From: Trypanosoma brucei
Lineage: Eukaryota
Assembly: GCA_000002445.1 (NCBI GenBank)
Contig: CP000071.1
Coordinates: 640,001 to 704,000, forward strand
DNA: 64,000 bases
Reading direction: 5' to 3'
The notes below the pieces were generated by a model. The model saw nothing but the letters and a program-made list of their open reading frames with translations, ran no database searches and was not told the DNA's origin. Numbering within the stretch: the stretch's first letter is position 1; each line of letters starts with the position of its first letter. Made by a program: the position numbers and the translations under genes. Positions 13,201-21,034 of this stretch are shown here, piece by piece.

Positions 13201-13307
13201 CAAGAATTACTACAATAACGCATGACGGTGCAGGTTTTAGCGCAGGTACGGCAAGTGGAGAAGTACATACATACAGCGTACCTGACCCATTTGCAGACGA
13301 GGAATGA
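4203..13307 (+). CDS. BEACH-domain / WD40 protein (neurobeachin/LYST-like), 3034 aa
   Basis: BEACH signature block ...PVMPWVLSDYESSTIDLRDPGVYRDLAKPIGALNEAKERQLRDRYEQW...PFHHGTHYSSSAVVMYYLIRLQPFT...; C-terminal WD-like repeats (HEDGTISFW, TTITHDGAGF); giant ARM/HEAT-like N-terminus. Confidence 0.9.
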   Translation: MGGGEGATPLLYQLHEVLQEKQADRRLQLLCLFLEHFLAECPNAGAAPFKKYFGTGATLIESLVCLVTSLIESVLFGAHVREGVTMLAESPGFAKALSTLTLLGTESFYSTTLEWRKRVTDIIHMTSDEQLPALLMRVYDVLLQVLLDDGRKQPNYLELASTAVAVMCFVHRLFLHYREERLLLDEYRRWVFLRAVVRTFEFTLSNHFEGSAALSDASRGVIALMFLPDADLSRLSVGEAEFSAEDASFQRALHLAHSFMPSAKDLGAFLECLVCCIESLLSVRSVLGHPEVETTDFGVVFSVLFPLQSAMAQRYEHAERLFRSICSIASAIRGPPSATTSSGTAKGVANFFSAVFTPSQVNTIQRFVSSVGASGSPKRSPITCREAVECVTSFFVCATEEMAIEACARPLFDLVCLDDVEEELVRFVLYSCTENLLLLKPCQLQRVTQLLLTAVKRGIAISETVSSVAAVLRKESKAVVEVKIFVLEFLSFYSTAVSHASEVETLHSVFKWTLEEVTSISDWVQPQAVSYLAAVTQFVRSALASAPLVALLARLEWPHEVLLLLLRAHGDGVREVAVTFRNLFCSMVFNEGQFVDVLISELRAMGGQSPWPSQISILLCVFVYLLQDKRGAWAAIRSNDIYVCLYLLHYLDQSTCIEEDAHLIGTSLALLLSHLRWSEAGGIVAHYVDAVRTPWMVQLLVDLATGFYTTTKNLIAADAMRVETVKTMTPGSRLCCEVVGGFSIPLSCRFEHTFPFGVLLRWIVEPGNQSGDWQKNLMELLSGMLHRRCLPLVDDAFTSTVVKQKLYELLPYVADVSRRDVLALLSSSKEYLTLEDVSNAQAIWERLAYGRIGEGLQHEFHDYITWYGNGALHGVLRGVQKGCSLNDRFTTAVWVYWESCIGTDTGSMIQLWELLWPGAEGSTKVSLSVDTMQRKVIFAVSPADEAQQVVTLPFIPPGQWMHVVVSFLCNRLFSSTVTAFYDGVRTLQTDITVPGSHTFLPYPGGPSFMARILSESTYDFTCTVGFSHEGSSEGCMQRFVSFQLFNAALSQLEVMSLFCVDPYSLTGLRAAKRCPLELPLLRPEALRYLVASAAHGELQELTSSRALNFAPFPAEFLILSLHVQNAELVECSQLQSLHNKRWVVPDSAGRNGVTNFLLHGSHSEPVATGGNITKVLISHNVPCEWLRWLCVISCAYDEVTMPNTKNVLDSADAKMAVLQRIAATTLRIIATYYWKAEEVSDGNVAIFINYVTLQVKQRPQVYLATTDGVDAVFGLGAAKESTGEHCVVYNTVPVEDVFFNWKVTSFLPEQCQQRILFHLTALLQKSNPFRAVNALRLQHSSFFDGFICGLVREYVWPPVLESAVAVIALYIECIAGDAVALREVLNLCASIVPVERDVLTVAKRLVSKIPLVAFECIVVVVLNHLLKVLCGACVSLHNEGLMFAEALSHAMPQCWFHILTSEWAHPVSVTMAMHLFTLCYKRSETFRRRFGDVIPLLYENLRHHAHQSDLLIVLISGFWGSDWDQQKPPYALLNQLYTTSEGTVPSFLQLAMHLLGRSASLLLRPDAAVNYPHITCASFYAAMGAAATAEHCRARSQLRCYISVVVFCARLRRGQKIPDDGANRISFTKRESADHGEMRRTVVAILQWVARRYPSDRRVSKAMYVSQKSYNPMDMALLCLFPALPMDKDVGSVGNMPLPLLDVVEGLGTTVGHRDIFDGGYSGTGGFDFDDCDDEREELVCDARGPNTSPATEARDCDFDALLHQPESELYNACRALFVAHIKRYARSAKCQPFVTGRKSVRSPPKLVLALQRALALCPSGIGLRARYMFCVAVCCFCLKALTDMLREEQPGETGQCVLDNMVATGKYLADRLVSGAATPTMAVTKFLQHLLKLHLNTEQVKDLCESLSECLLLLMDSVSCGRDARSAASVIDSLHDEHIGVFGYRIPSEELLRLTTHRLLDISEVLLASDVDRHSVNMEKLVGLWRTFLVANREVPFFRLVWNTEEKAARVFYMLTESTDGGVGDLVAWVMADHSNFKQSLCKDEWTQMTLRKTFLQKRDRRWAACAVEQRDRECADLMSSCKVKCNAMNEEWSKLTDTSTFVDTTLLARRIECCDVLHRHLQVQLLPNYGMEEKPGTLHLHPSGAVGYPCGVPFDLLHNLTNAHIRYPSLRCRLAASTASDDGSVSSHSRASVPAALLRIVGSHFTNPVLFVGNVYYLHGDECSISVMSVTPREVVIVGDSQFSASGDFSIGVLNPRDAWGTLSLDNGSPSCDNRNFLPWLSERGNTEKLEIARHSCCFRTICVESRVPNSPSFTWRFSTGSILKVHQRFFQHRPVALEFQLENGDRCFIAALDERLCFSRAKQEEIMSAVSRVAPQADMETYSQKESRMSELGERWKQRRISNRMYLLQLNDIAGRTVADMGQYPVMPWVLSDYESSTIDLRDPGVYRDLAKPIGALNEAKERQLRDRYEQWFDKSQPPFHHGTHYSSSAVVMYYLIRLQPFTQRSVRYQGGRLDIAGRIFHSVSEAWNSCGGVGDVKELVPEFFCLPEMFMNKSRIDLGVRLDGVQLGDVVLPEWCGGDVERFVHLHAEALESDVVSGKLHEWVDLVFGNKQRGRGAVDAINVFLHLSYGQAVGRAIAEASSEEDCKAIVATAANFGQTPRQLFNRAHARRFDNRYGPTPQQAFINEAGKLFVRWRSVCYPWGNKRCCTPITSLRIVDSSAIASTRFSLILPTTPMQVCHYSNVTRELSCHEYGKPTLLCVLPNVWHQGYGELTTMCTSSLGGIICIGTTNGKVVICSRVTSTAPFTIMSILNACRNDDSAPVKLLKMWNSGHLSVVCEDGPRGSLWHVAHSGVMFCFKFDISDVVDESSTIRDITRDEQSNCYFIATHNHIVQLSSTGRVLGVASVSKASTATTARKGTTAPPANNDAAADGPKQHFCAAEYINFESYSKTNILLAGHEDGTISFWTVRPLLGFDQNTFATEIKMFHSFTVDGDTRITTITHDGAGFSAGTASGEVHTYSVPDPFADEE

Positions 13308-13499
13308 TACAAAGAAAATAAATTGCATGTGATAAGTAAAAAAAAAAACAGCACACAACCTACCCCAGAAGAAGTACACTGTAACCGCAACCATTTACCA
13401 CTACAACTAAAAAACTTATTCACCATTAAGAAAATGGTAGTGATACTTCTTACAAAACAACTCGTGAAGGCAGACGGGTACGTTAAATACTTGTGAGGG

Positions 13500-13915
13500 T
13501 GCCAGTGATTATACGTAATGTCTTTGCTACAGGTGATTGTACGATATGACCATACCGACTAAACCAACCGAGATCAATGAGGCATGAAATGTTCCCGCCC
13601 TGTTTTCAATTAAGTGACGGTGTGATTACAGACAGGACGTAAGTGAGTCAATGTCAATATCTCCGTATTACACCATGAGGACTATTGTCCCCCGTGTCTG
13701 ACCGCCGCTTCCACCTCCTCTCTCCCTTCTTTTCTCCTTTCTTGTTTCTTCTCTTTCACTTACACATGATGTCATTTCGTATTCTGCAATACTGACAATA
13801 ACTTGAGCGAGACAAGACATATTTGACTACTGGCAACTGAAACCCGCCACCCTCTCGGATTCTTTGGTCCTCCACTAGTTACTCAACGGTATTTCACTTT
13901 AGCTCAGCGTATATA
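13500..13915 (+). repeat. X element copy 1 (about 416 bp non-coding repeat containing a 64-nt polypyrimidine tract)
   Basis: tgccagtgattatacgtaatgtctttgctacagg ... ctttagctcagcgtata recurs at 17194-17607 and 51294-51710. Confidence 0.85.
13702..13765 (+). promoter_or_regulatory. long polypyrimidine tract (candidate trans-splicing/polyadenylation coupling signal) inside X element
   Basis: ccgccgcttccacctcctctctcccttcttttctcctttcttgtttcttctctttcacttacac; essentially pure pyrimidine for about 64 nt, followed by AG dinucleotides; same tract in all three X copies. Confidence 0.4.
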
Positions 13916-14364
13916 TGAATATAACGTCCACGGAGCTATAAGATGTTCCCATTACCTACCTTTATTGTTATCACGAGGCTCAAAAGAACACACTGAGCGT
14001 GTACCAATGCCCAGTGAGTGGGACAGCCATCGAAGATAAGTGTTTGTTTTACGGCAATGAGGTTCGAATGCGCCTGACGGTTTTTGTCCGACGTGGTGTG
14101 GGAAACGCCTCAAAGAAGTTACTGCACCTACACCTTCATTTTCACGGGTATATATTATCCCTGGTCACTAATTGATGTTTGGTATGTTTAATCTGTCACT
14201 GAACACTACTCACTTGTTTCCCCAGTGTAAGTGTGTTATCTTTCCCGTCTGTGCATTCACATGAATTTTAACTTTTATTACTCATAAATTATGTTTTGCC
14301 TCAATTATATAGACACCGCTTTATACGCAATTTTAAGCAAGGAAGTCCAACAAGGTGAATTATA

Positions 14365-14964
14365 ATGGGTTGTGGAGGTTCAGCTCCTGCTAACAAAGAC
14401 AAGCATGTGGGTGCAGATCCACCAAAACCTTCAGAGCATTCGGAACATTCAAAACCTTCAGATCCTTCAGATCCTGCTGATGCTACTCGATTTAAGCAGT
14501 TTTGCACACTTCCACTACATGACAAGGATAAGCCAGTTGCTGCTGCAGCAATTAGGGTTACCGACCCCAAGTGTATTTCGGATATTTTACCTCCGGAATT
14601 CCTTGAGGGAAAGAAGGTGCATAATGAATTTTGTGCAATTACTCTCTCCTTCGATGATGGAAAGCCGGAGGATGAAGGCCTTTTTGAGAAGTTGAAGGAA
14701 TTGGAAGGTACTTCCATCGAATTGAAACCAACCCATATTGTGATGAATGAAAAAGTCGCCGCCATTGGGGTGTGTAATAATGATGAATTCCCCTGCCAGG
14801 ACGCACACCCGCATATCCTCGTTGCAACTGCTCCAGATGCCACACAGGAAGATATTGATGATGTAACCAAGAAAGGAAAGATTAAGATATTTTGCGCGAG
14901 AAAACTTCCCGATCTGCCACCTGATATCACCATCCCAGGCGAGTTTCGTTTCATGCACTGGTGA
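14365..14964 (+). CDS. acylated 2H-phosphoesterase-like protein, A-type (degenerate H-x-T-x motifs), copy 1 of 4
   Basis: 199 aa. N-terminal MGCGGS has Gly2 and Cys3 for acylation and Ser6, and is followed by a P/S/D/E-rich linker. Clear homolog of gene B over its full length, but motif 1 is FCAITLSFDDG (catalytic His lost) and motif 2 is HPHILVATAP (Thr to Leu). Confidence 0.75.
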   Translation: MGCGGSAPANKDKHVGADPPKPSEHSEHSKPSDPSDPADATRFKQFCTLPLHDKDKPVAAAAIRVTDPKCISDILPPEFLEGKKVHNEFCAITLSFDDGKPEDEGLFEKLKELEGTSIELKPTHIVMNEKVAAIGVCNNDEFPCQDAHPHILVATAPDATQEDIDDVTKKGKIKIFCARKLPDLPPDITIPGEFRFMHW

Positions 14965-16023
14965 GTATTTCCCTGTTCCTTGTGTTTCAATGGTTTCACA
15001 AGAGTACATATGAATTGTTGTAAGTGTGCTGGCAGTTGCTGTTACTCTGATCGATCAAAGAGTTAGTGGTACTGCGCTTCATTACTTTATTACTTTTGCT
15101 ATTTTGTTTTACGAATTTACTTGCCTTTGTCCCTTCTTACTTTCCTTTTGATAACCTTTAGATATTTGCGTGTGGAGGTTTTGGTTTACTGTTATCCACA
15201 TCTGGGGCTATATTCCCTTCATTTGAATTTTATTATTGCGGTATTGACTTTTTCTTTCAAAGAAGATGATGAACATTGGAATAACGAATAGGGACGATAC
15301 GAGGGGAATGAAGAAAAGGCAGAAAAATGATACGGAGAGGAGGGAAAGACAAAATACAAACAACATGTGGGAGAGATATTTTTGCTTTGCTTTGGTTTGA
15401 TATCTGTTTTGTTTGTTTTTTTTCGTTGTGTTCGATGTTTTTTTGATCTTATTTTCCGAGACTTTATTATACAGGATTTGTTTAACTTATGTACTTTATT
15501 ACCTATTGCTTGTGTGCCATTGTTGTGTTACTATGAAACATTTATTGGTGTGGCAGAATAAAATGTGTTTTGGCATTGCTTTCCACAAGTAACCGAAGGG
15601 CACCAAATATTTGCTACGGGAGAGCACTGAAATGAAAGGAAACAACTGAACACACTGAGCGTGTACCAATGCCCAGTGAGTGGGACAGCCATCGAAGATA
15701 AGTGTTTGTTTTACGGCAATGAGGTTCGAATGCGCCTGACGGTTTTTGTCCGACGTGGTGTGGGAAACGCCTCAAAGAAGTTACTGCACCTACACCTTCA
15801 TTTTCACGGGTATATATTATCCCTGGTCACCAATTGATGTTTGGTATGTTTAATCTGTCACTGAACACTACTCACTTGTTTCCCCAGTGTAAGTGTGTTA
15901 TCTTTCCCGTCTGTGCATTCACATGAATTTTAACTTTTATTACTCATAAATTATGTTTTGCCTCAATTATATAGACACCGCTTTATACGCAATTTTAAGC
16001 AAGAAAGTCCAACAAGGTGACTG

Positions 16024-16584
16024 ATGATGGGTTGTGGAGGTTCTAAATTGTCTGCTAAGAGCAAACAAGCGGATGCGGATCCACCAAAGCCTTCAGATCC
16101 TGCTGATGCTCATCGATTTGAGCGGATTTGTACACTTCCACTACATGATGGTGAGAAACCGATGATCTTCGGTGCAATTATGATAAATGATCTTGCCGCG
16201 GTCAGATCCCTTGTGCCTGCAGATTACCTTGAGGGCAAAAATATGCAGGATGAATTTCACATAACTACAATTTATCTTGGGGGGAAACCGCCACAAGACG
16301 ATGAACTTTTCAAAAAGTTACAAACGTTGGAAGGTACTTCCATCCAGGTGGCACCTGTCCGTATCGCGTCCGACGCAAAGGCAACAGCAATTGAAATTCG
16401 TAACAATAACGAATTCCCATGCCAAAATGTACACCCGCACATTACCATTGCTACTGCTCCCGGTGTACCAGCGAAGTATAGCAATGAGCTGCTAAGCAAA
16501 GTAAGCACTGAAACAAGCGACATCAAGGTAATGGAGTTGTCACCTGATGTATCCATTTCAGGTGTGTTTCAGTTTGTGCGGTGA
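16024..16584 (+). CDS. acylated LigT/CNPase-like 2H phosphoesterase, B-type (both H-x-T-x motifs intact); true start probably the second ATG at 16027 (MGCGGSK)
   Basis: 186 aa. MMGCGGSK N-terminus. Motif 1 EFHITTIYLGG matches the canonical 2H pattern h-H-h-T-h-x-[FY]-L-G. Motif 2 HPHITIATAP, about 62 residues later, matches p-H-I-T-h. From LQTLEGTS to the stop it is nucleotide-identical, apart from 3 SNPs, to the 3' end of the 48146..50689 gene. Confidence 0.75.
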   Translation: MMGCGGSKLSAKSKQADADPPKPSDPADAHRFERICTLPLHDGEKPMIFGAIMINDLAAVRSLVPADYLEGKNMQDEFHITTIYLGGKPPQDDELFKKLQTLEGTSIQVAPVRIASDAKATAIEIRNNNEFPCQNVHPHITIATAPGVPAKYSNELLSKVSTETSDIKVMELSPDVSISGVFQFVR

Positions 16585-17193
16585 TGAACACCTCTTTCTT
16601 CATGTTCTTTTCGGTATAACCTACAGAAGTAACGATGAGTACATTAACGGTTGTTGTTTGTTGTGCTCATCGATGAGGCATTAATACCACCCTTTGTTTT
16701 TCCTTTTTTTCTTCTTTGAATCATTAATAAATTTTATCTTGCTTTGTACAAACAATTTTACGTGATTTATTTTGTCCTTAGACGTAGACAATAATTTTGA
16801 TGATAGTGTTTATGTGGACGAATATATTTCTCTCCTTTGCAATTCACGATTGGATCCAAGTATATTGATGGGAACTTGTGACTTAGGGGAAACGAGTGGT
16901 GTGCTGACATGCTCTCGCAGCACTGATATTCCCCCATAATGCTATGCACTCTGAACTGCATGTGTTGTGTCTGTGTGTATGTGTATACATGGTGTGTCGT
17001 ATGTCCTTTTTGTCTCTGTACAACAATAACCTTATACTACGCATCTTGTTACATTCCAACTTTTTCTCTCTAAAAATATACCTAATTTTACAACAAATTA
17101 GGAGGAGGAGGAGTGTGTCTTAACATTGTTTATGTGCCGTATCGTGATGACAGATATTCAGCTGACGCCACACTCATCGGATGTAAGAAAATG

Positions 17194-17607
17194 TGCCAGT
17201 GATTATACGTAATGTCTTTGCTACAGGTGATTGTACGATATGACCATACCGACTAAACCAACCGAGATCAATGAGGCATGAAATGTTCCCGCCCCGTTTT
17301 CAATTAAGTGACGGTGTGATTACAGACAGGACGTAAGTGAGTCAATGTCAATATCTCCGTATTACACCATGAGGACTATTGTCCCCCGTGTCTGACCGCC
17401 GCTTCCACCTCCTCTCTCCCTTCTTTTCTCCTTTCTTGTTTCTTCTCTTTCACTTACACATGATGTCATTTCGTATTCTGCAATACTGACAATAACTTGA
17501 GCGAGACAAGACATATTTGACTACTGGCAACTGAAACCCGCCACCCTCTCGGATTCTTTGGTCCTCCACTAGTTACTCAACGGTATTTCACTTTAGCTCA
17601 GCGTATA
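17194..17607 (+). repeat. X element copy 2
   Basis: Same sequence as 13500-13915 and 51294-51710. Confidence 0.85.
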
Positions 17608-17708
17608 CGTGGTTACCTTGGTGTCGTGCGTGCTTCCTTTCTATGTGTGTGGATTTGTGTTTGTATTCTTCTGTGGTAATAGAGTGAAGTTAAATTAAGG
17701 GGTATTTC

Positions 17709-18335
17709 TTGGTTTTATTATCTTCTTTGTTAGGTCGTAGTGAATTGGAGATGAAGGTGGTGGTCAATGAAATGTCCCAAGTTGTTGAGATTATCACCAA
17801 TGAGGGCGTTATTTCTGTTGAGCTTTATGATACCTTTGCACCCCGTGCTGCCGAGTCGTTTCGCCGATTTGCCGAAAGTGGTCAACTTGATGGTGCTGTT
17901 TTCGACAGAATGGTTCCCACATTCTTGTTAGAGTGCAGACTTTCAGAATTTAGTGTGTATGGTGAACTGGTAGGGAGAGAGGAGAATAATCATTTGCATC
18001 ACACTGGTGCAGGGATTCTCACTTGTTTTGGAACTGTCCTTGAGAGTGGCGCTTTTTTTATTACTCTTGGGCCGCAACCTGAGTTGGATAACGTTTGCAC
18101 CATATTCGGTCGTGTACGGAGTGGTATGCGTGTAGTGGAGAAGATTAGTCGGTCTCGTGTAGCTGAAAAAACGTTTCGTCTTTATACTCCGGTAGTGGTT
18201 GAGCGGTGTTTAACGCGAGTCTTGCCAAAGGAGCGGAGACCTGAATGTGTGGGAGGGGAACAGTTGGACGTCCTGCCGCAGTCTGTGAGTCGACACTGTG
18301 GAACACAGAGTAGTATCTTGAATGATTTGGAGTGA
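17709..18335 (+). CDS. divergent cyclophilin-like (PPIase-fold) protein; true start possibly internal Met at 17751
   Basis: VELYDTFAPRAAESFRRFAESGQLDGAVFDRMVPTFLL matches the cyclophilin N-terminal pattern hELh.D.hP.TA.NF..L......Y.G..FHRhIP.F. The QGGD motif is replaced by ECRLS, so it is probably not an active PPIase. Confidence 0.5.
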   Translation: MVLLSSLLGRSELEMKVVVNEMSQVVEIITNEGVISVELYDTFAPRAAESFRRFAESGQLDGAVFDRMVPTFLLECRLSEFSVYGELVGREENNHLHHTGAGILTCFGTVLESGAFFITLGPQPELDNVCTIFGRVRSGMRVVEKISRSRVAEKTFRLYTPVVVERCLTRVLPKERRPECVGGEQLDVLPQSVSRHCGTQSSILNDLE

Positions 18336-18651
18336 TGAGGACGAATATGCGGGTTTTTACGATCTGGTGAGCCTTTAGAGTCCCTCACCTTTGTTTTGTT
18401 CCCTTTAAGATTGTCTTGGGTAAATTTAAATGGACACCATGTGACTGCCTTGGTTGATGAAAGCAATACCGGTTGTGCTTTCCGTTGTAGAATTACACGA
18501 AACTAATCATTACTTCTCCTTTGTTGCTTTCCGTTTCCTTTATTGCTTGGCTTCTACACCCTCGCCGTTGGAGGTGAGTGAGCAGAGTTGGACACTTCCT
18601 ACATATATATATTTTTGCTTCCTGTTTGCTTCTTCTCTCGTGTGAAGCCAT

Positions 18652-19149
18652 ATGCTAAGTGACGATACCTGTCAACCAGAGGCGGTGCTCTTTGGCATGC
18701 TGGGTGCGGCTGCCTCTTTGGCGCTCTCCAACATTGGGGCCGCTTACGGTACAGCGAAATCTGGCGTTGCCGTTGCTCATCTCGGCATTGTGGAACCATC
18801 ACGTGTAATGCGTGGCATTGTGCCTGTTGTCATGGCAGGTATTCTTGGTATATACGGCCTTATTGTCTCAGTTATTATCAGCAACAACCTCAAGCTGTCG
18901 GGCTACGCAATGTTCTCCGGCTTCATGCACCTTGGCGCTGGTCTTGCCGCCGGCTTTGCTTCTCTGGCGAGTGGTTATGCTATTGGTATTGTGGGTGACA
19001 TTTGTTGTTTTGCATACGCCAAGACAGAAAAGATATTTGTCCCAATGATTTTGATGCTCATTTTTGCTGAGGCGCTTGGGCTCTATGGGCTCATCATGGC
19101 CCTCTTAATGAACAACCGTGCCACATCCTATACGGGTGGTTGCTCTTGA
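18652..19149 (+). CDS. V-type H+-ATPase 16 kDa proteolipid subunit c
   Basis: 165 aa with four TM helices, [10 protein letters not shown] and [11 protein letters not shown] motifs, and a conserved Glu in TM4 ([11 protein letters not shown]); classic Vma3/ATP6V0C. Confidence 0.9.
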   Translation: MLSDDTCQPEAVLFGMLGAAASLALSNIGAAYGTAKSGVAVAHLGIVEPSRVMRGIVPVVMAGILGIYGLIVSVIISNNLKLSGYAMFSGFMHLGAGLAAGFASLASGYAIGIVGDICCFAYAKTEKIFVPMILMLIFAEALGLYGLIMALLMNNRATSYTGGCS

Positions 19150-19960
19150 CCAAGTTAGACGGAGCGAGGGCTAACGGAGAGAATAACCCCCCTAGGAAGA
19201 ATGGGAAAGAAAGAAAGAGAGAAAAGGTTGGATGAAGAATAGTTGCTCTGGTGCCAAACCATGCGACACAGAGTGGAGGGGATTTGAGTGGCGGGCTGAA
19301 GCACGAGAGGTAAAGTTCGTGAAAAGGATGACCAACAACTTGTGAGAATGTATCAATAAAGGTGTTGGTCCCGACAGAAGGTGAAAAAACTGGGTGTATC
19401 TGATTCGGGAACAGCACCGAAAGAAGGGGGAAATGCATTACTTTTGACAGGTTTCCGGGATGGTTAGAGGAAAACAACACTGTAGGAGAGTATTTTTGAG
19501 TGAATTCTGCAAAGTGTGTCATCTTTGTTGGCATGACCGCGTGGCTGCCTGTTTCCCCGTCTGTATCTACTTTTTGTGTGCGTATGTGTACATGTGCTTT
19601 TCTTCACTCCTATGTGCTTGTGCTGACAGTGCTGCTCGCCCCTTCACTTCCCGAGAAAAGGAATGTTGTACACCACTTGCTCGTTACCCAGATGTGTGGC
19701 TAACTTCTTCTTCACTCAATATTTGATGCGAAAGTCTATGCCATATAACGGGAAGTAAAAATTTACGTAGCAGCCCCGTGAGAGAACTTTGCATCGTGTA
19801 GTATATTAGGAGAGGAGGGGACGGGAGGCAATAAATCCGCAAGTTCCTCACAGAGTGGAAAAAAAACAAGGGGAAGGGAAAGCGAGAACGCAAGGACACA
19901 CGTGGGGAAGCGTGCACGGTTTCTCCCACGGTTATTTCACCCTTGTGTACAAGCTGAAAT

Positions 19961-21034
19961 ATGCAGGGCGCGACAGTCAGCGCGCCGAATTTTCGCCCGC
20001 CGACGGAGCTTTTGGATGAAGTACCGCAACCAGAAGGCTCCTCGTGGTGGCTGCAGACAAGTGCCGCACGGCTTCAATCCTTCGAATTACGCATGCTGCA
20101 CGCCATAAAATATAGGCAGGGGTTCGTCGCTGGATTGAACACAATTACGACACTGGGACTGCAACAGAGCGCTGCTAACAGCAGTAAGGAAATCATGGTC
20201 CTGATTCATGGTTTTGCAGGAGGATTAGCCTGTTGGGCACAGAATTGGGAGTTTCTCTCTGAGCATTATATTCTTTGTGCCCTCGATTTACCCGGTTTCG
20301 GCCGAAGTATGCGGCCTAATGTGACTGCAAGAACCCCGAGGGAGGTACTGGATTTTTTCTGTCAGTGCCTTGATGACTGGTTTGGTGAGATGAGGTTCAA
20401 AATTCCTGTCATTTTGGTTGGCCACTCCTTTGGTGCCTATATAGCGGCGCATTATTCCATGCGTCGTGGCCCATCTTGTGTGCGACTGTTAGTGTTTGTG
20501 GATCCGTGGGGTGTAAACAGAAGGGACCAATCTGGATCCAAAAGGGTTCCATTCACGTGGCGCCTCGCCCTCAGTATTGCTAATAGAATGAACCCGCTTA
20601 CACTCGTACGTGCAGCTGGTCCTTTGGGTCCACTTTTCTTCCGGCTAATACGACCGGATTTCGCAAACCGCTGGCGTGGTTATCTGCCGGACCCCGTTAC
20701 CTTCTACGAGTATACATATCACTGCAACGCGCAGCTGCCGCCGCTTGGAGAAGAACTATTTAAGATTTGCTATCATCATGACATTACTGCTAAGGAGCCG
20801 CTGGAAGATGAACTACCATCATCTTTGTCTAAAGATATACCGTTGGTACTGCTGTACGGAAGTGAGACGTGGATGGACGCAGAGCGGGGCACCACCATGG
20901 CCGACAAAATGGAAGGCATGGGTTTCAAGGTGGAAGTAGACACAGTGATGAGTGCAGGCCACCAGGTGTTTACAGATAATCCGTCTGAGTTCAACAACAA
21001 ACTTTTGCTGGCACTTGCTGAGTTGTTGGCCTAA
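19961..21034 (+). CDS. alpha/beta-hydrolase fold protein, ABHD4/ABHD5 (CGI-58)-like
   Basis: VLIHGFAGGLACWAQNWEFL resembles the ABHD5 HGFGGG..W motif; nucleophile elbow GHSFGAY; 357 aa. Confidence 0.7.
   Translation: MQGATVSAPNFRPPTELLDEVPQPEGSSWWLQTSAARLQSFELRMLHAIKYRQGFVAGLNTITTLGLQQSAANSSKEIMVLIHGFAGGLACWAQNWEFLSEHYILCALDLPGFGRSMRPNVTARTPREVLDFFCQCLDDWFGEMRFKIPVILVGHSFGAYIAAHYSMRRGPSCVRLLVFVDPWGVNRRDQSGSKRVPFTWRLALSIANRMNPLTLVRAAGPLGPLFFRLIRPDFANRWRGYLPDPVTFYEYTYHCNAQLPPLGEELFKICYHHDITAKEPLEDELPSSLSKDIPLVLLYGSETWMDAERGTTMADKMEGMGFKVEVDTVMSAGHQVFTDNPSEFNNKLLLALAELLA

Larger units (their letters stand above)
13500..17607. repeat. Segmental duplication block, locus 1. Order: X element, A unit, B unit, X element. 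Homologous to 50429..56736
   Basis: Direct comparison of the sequence: 13500-15000 matches 51294-52793 nearly base for base; 16317-17607 matches 50429-51710. Confidence 0.85.

Noticed and set aside
13320-14360. Search for tRNA/snoRNA-like structures in the long intergenic regions (also 1700-2640, 56740-57130, 60140-61680)
   Set aside because: I could not identify a convincing tRNA cloverleaf (no clear GTTCnAnnC T-loop with matching acceptor stem) or C/D box pairs by eye. Not called; a covariance-model scan would be needed.
14365-14964. Possibility that the MGC-initiated A/B family are calflagin/FCaBP-type EF-hand proteins (which share the dual-acylation leader and occur as tandem arrays in Trypanosoma)
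   Set aside because: No D-x-D-x-D-G EF-hand loops are present. The conserved blocks instead fit H-x-T-x 2H-phosphoesterase motifs.
14301-14999. 232-aa minus-strand ORF antisense to A copy 1 (and the equivalent 168-aa ORFs at 52287, 53950, 55613)
   Set aside because: Antisense to a well-supported + strand gene. It recurs only because the underlying DNA is repeated; low-complexity Ser-rich translation.
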